This document shows, one piece after another, positions 62,418 to 64,000 of a DNA stretch of 64,000 nt; the stretch's first letter is position 1; each line of letters begins with the position of its first letter. The notes below the pieces were generated by a model. That model had not been told where the DNA came from, searched no databases, and saw nothing but the letters and a program-made list of their open reading frames with translations. The DNA comes from Felis catus (lineage: Eukaryota). The translations under genes were made by a program, and so were the position numbers. The DNA lies in assembly GCF_018350175.1 (NCBI RefSeq), contig NC_058368.1:225310001-225374000 (forward strand). The letters are read 5' to 3'.

Positions 62418-62900
62418 CAATAACCCCCCCCCTTACCTGGGGGGACACATTCCAAGCCCCCCAGTGGGTGCCTGAAACTGTGGATAGTACCAAACCCTAC
62501 CCGTGCTATGTTATTTCCTATGCATACAAACCTATGATAAAGTTTAACTCACAAATGAGGCGCAGGAAGAGATTAACAACTATAATAATAAAGTCCAACA
62601 ATTATAATAATACACTGTAATACAAGTTATGTAAATGAGGATTCTCTCTCTTTCTCACAAAATATCTTCTAATGTATTCAGAATTCTTCTTGCAATAATG
62701 AGAGATGATAAAATACCTGCATGACGAGATGACTGAGGTGAATGACGTAGGCCCTGTCATATAGTTAGGCTACTATCGACCTTCTGAGGATACATCGGAA
62801 GGAAAATCATCGGCTTCCAGACCAAGGTTGACCATGGGTAACTGAAACCGAGGAAAGCGAAATCACAAATAAGGGGGGGTGGGGGGGGTGGGGAGGACTG
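62418..62900. mobile_element. MER44 (Tigger7-derived) TcMar MITE
   Basis: cccccttac / ataaggggg inverted termini; ggtaactgaaaccgaggaaagcgaaa; cctgaaactgtggatagtacc. Confidence 0.8.
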
Positions 62901-62914
62901 CTGGAGATTAGAGT

Positions 62915-63455
62915 CTTCTACTAGTCACATTAAAGAAAGTAAAAAGAGGTAGGTAAAATTAGTTTTAAAAACATATTCAGTTAGCCCATTATAACCAAAG
63001 TAATATTTCAGCATGTAATTAATACAAAAATATACTAATGACATTTTTCCATTCTTTTTTTTTCCCCCAAATCTTCCAGCTTCGTGTGCATTTGACAGTT
63101 TCTACACATCTCACTTAAGAATACTGCACTCTCAGGGCACCTGGGTGGTTCAGTTGCTTGAGCGGCCAACTTTGGCTCAGATCATGATCTCATGGTTCAT
63201 GAGTTCAAGGCCCACAATAGGCTTCTGGTTGCTGTCGGCGCAGAGCCTGCTTCAGATCCTCTTTCCCCCTCTCTCCTTGCCCTTCTCCCGTTCACGAGCT
63301 CTCTCAAAAATAAATAAAAATTAAAAATTAAAAAATAACATAAATGCATTAAGCACTATCAAAAATTGTAAAAACCAGCAAACAAACAAACAAAAAGAAT
63401 ACTGCAGTCTCAATAGCCATGTGACCAGTGACTGCCATATTGGACCTTGTTGGTC
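62915..63455. mobile_element. MER33-like hAT MITE interrupted by a SINE
   Basis: tagtcacattaaagaaagtaaaaaga...ctcaatagccatgtg...ccatattggac. Confidence 0.65.
63135..63394 (+). mobile_element. Can-SINE
   Basis: TSD aagaatactgca(c/g)tctca. Confidence 0.93.
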
Positions 63456-63491
63456 TAGGACACACTCAGCTCTTAGAAAACCATTGATCCT

Positions 63492-63726
63492 GGGGTGCCT
63501 GGGTGGCTCCGTCGGTTAAGCATCTGATTTCGGCTCAGGTCATGATCTCCCAGTCTGTGAGTTGGAGCCCTGTGTCAGACTCTGTGCTGACAGCTCAGAG
63601 CCTGGAGCCTGCTTCCGATTCTGTGTCTCCCTGCCTCTGCCCCTCCCCTGTTCACTCTCTGTCTCTCTCTCAGTAAATAAATAAATAAATAGATAAATAA
63701 ATAAATACCAAAAAAAATTTTTTCAA
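63492..63726 (+). mobile_element. Can-SINE
   Basis: TSD agaaaaccat(tg/ca)atcct. Confidence 0.95.
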
Positions 63727-64000
63727 AGAAAACCATCAATCCTAAAACAGCACTTTAGCAATGGGAACAACGGCACGGATGAAATCTACATGCCATCAGT
63801 CCATATATGAAGATTTAAACCACACCAGTAAATGATATTTTATCTTGGCATATAATAAAAGAGTGGGAATTCAAGCTTAGAGCCCAGAATGACATCTGTC
63901 AGAAGGCAGGTCCCATAAAACGCCATCAAGACAGGCTAATATCAGATCAATAAATGTAACTTTCAGGTGAAAAAATTGAGTTTGTTCTCCTTAAAGAAAG

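Overview
Mammalian genomic DNA, almost certainly from a felid: it carries about 31 tRNA-derived Can-SINE/SINEC copies plus 2 head-only fragments (several of the young felid type) and felid-type L1 3' ends. The rest is ancient placental-mammal repeats (HAL1, L1M, L2, MIR, MLT1, LTR16/LTR33, hAT MERs, MER44), microsatellites and unique non-coding sequence. I recognise no host protein-coding gene, RNA gene or CRISPR array. The only ORFs with recognisable homology are frameshifted L1 ORF2p C-terminal remnants. The best-supported oddities are retrotransposition features: an L1 with an apparent 3' transduction inside an 18-bp TSD, a young tailless SINE, re-used target sites and deletion scars. More speculative leads are a perfect ChoRE-type double E-box, a GATA/FOX/TATA promoter-like element near 36 kb, a motif-dense enhancer-like block near 10.8 kb, and plus-strand exon-like segments that could form a spliced lncRNA or a 112-aa ORF. 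I see no convincing new biological system. Repeat family names come from recalled consensus sequences, and boundaries of old elements are approximate.
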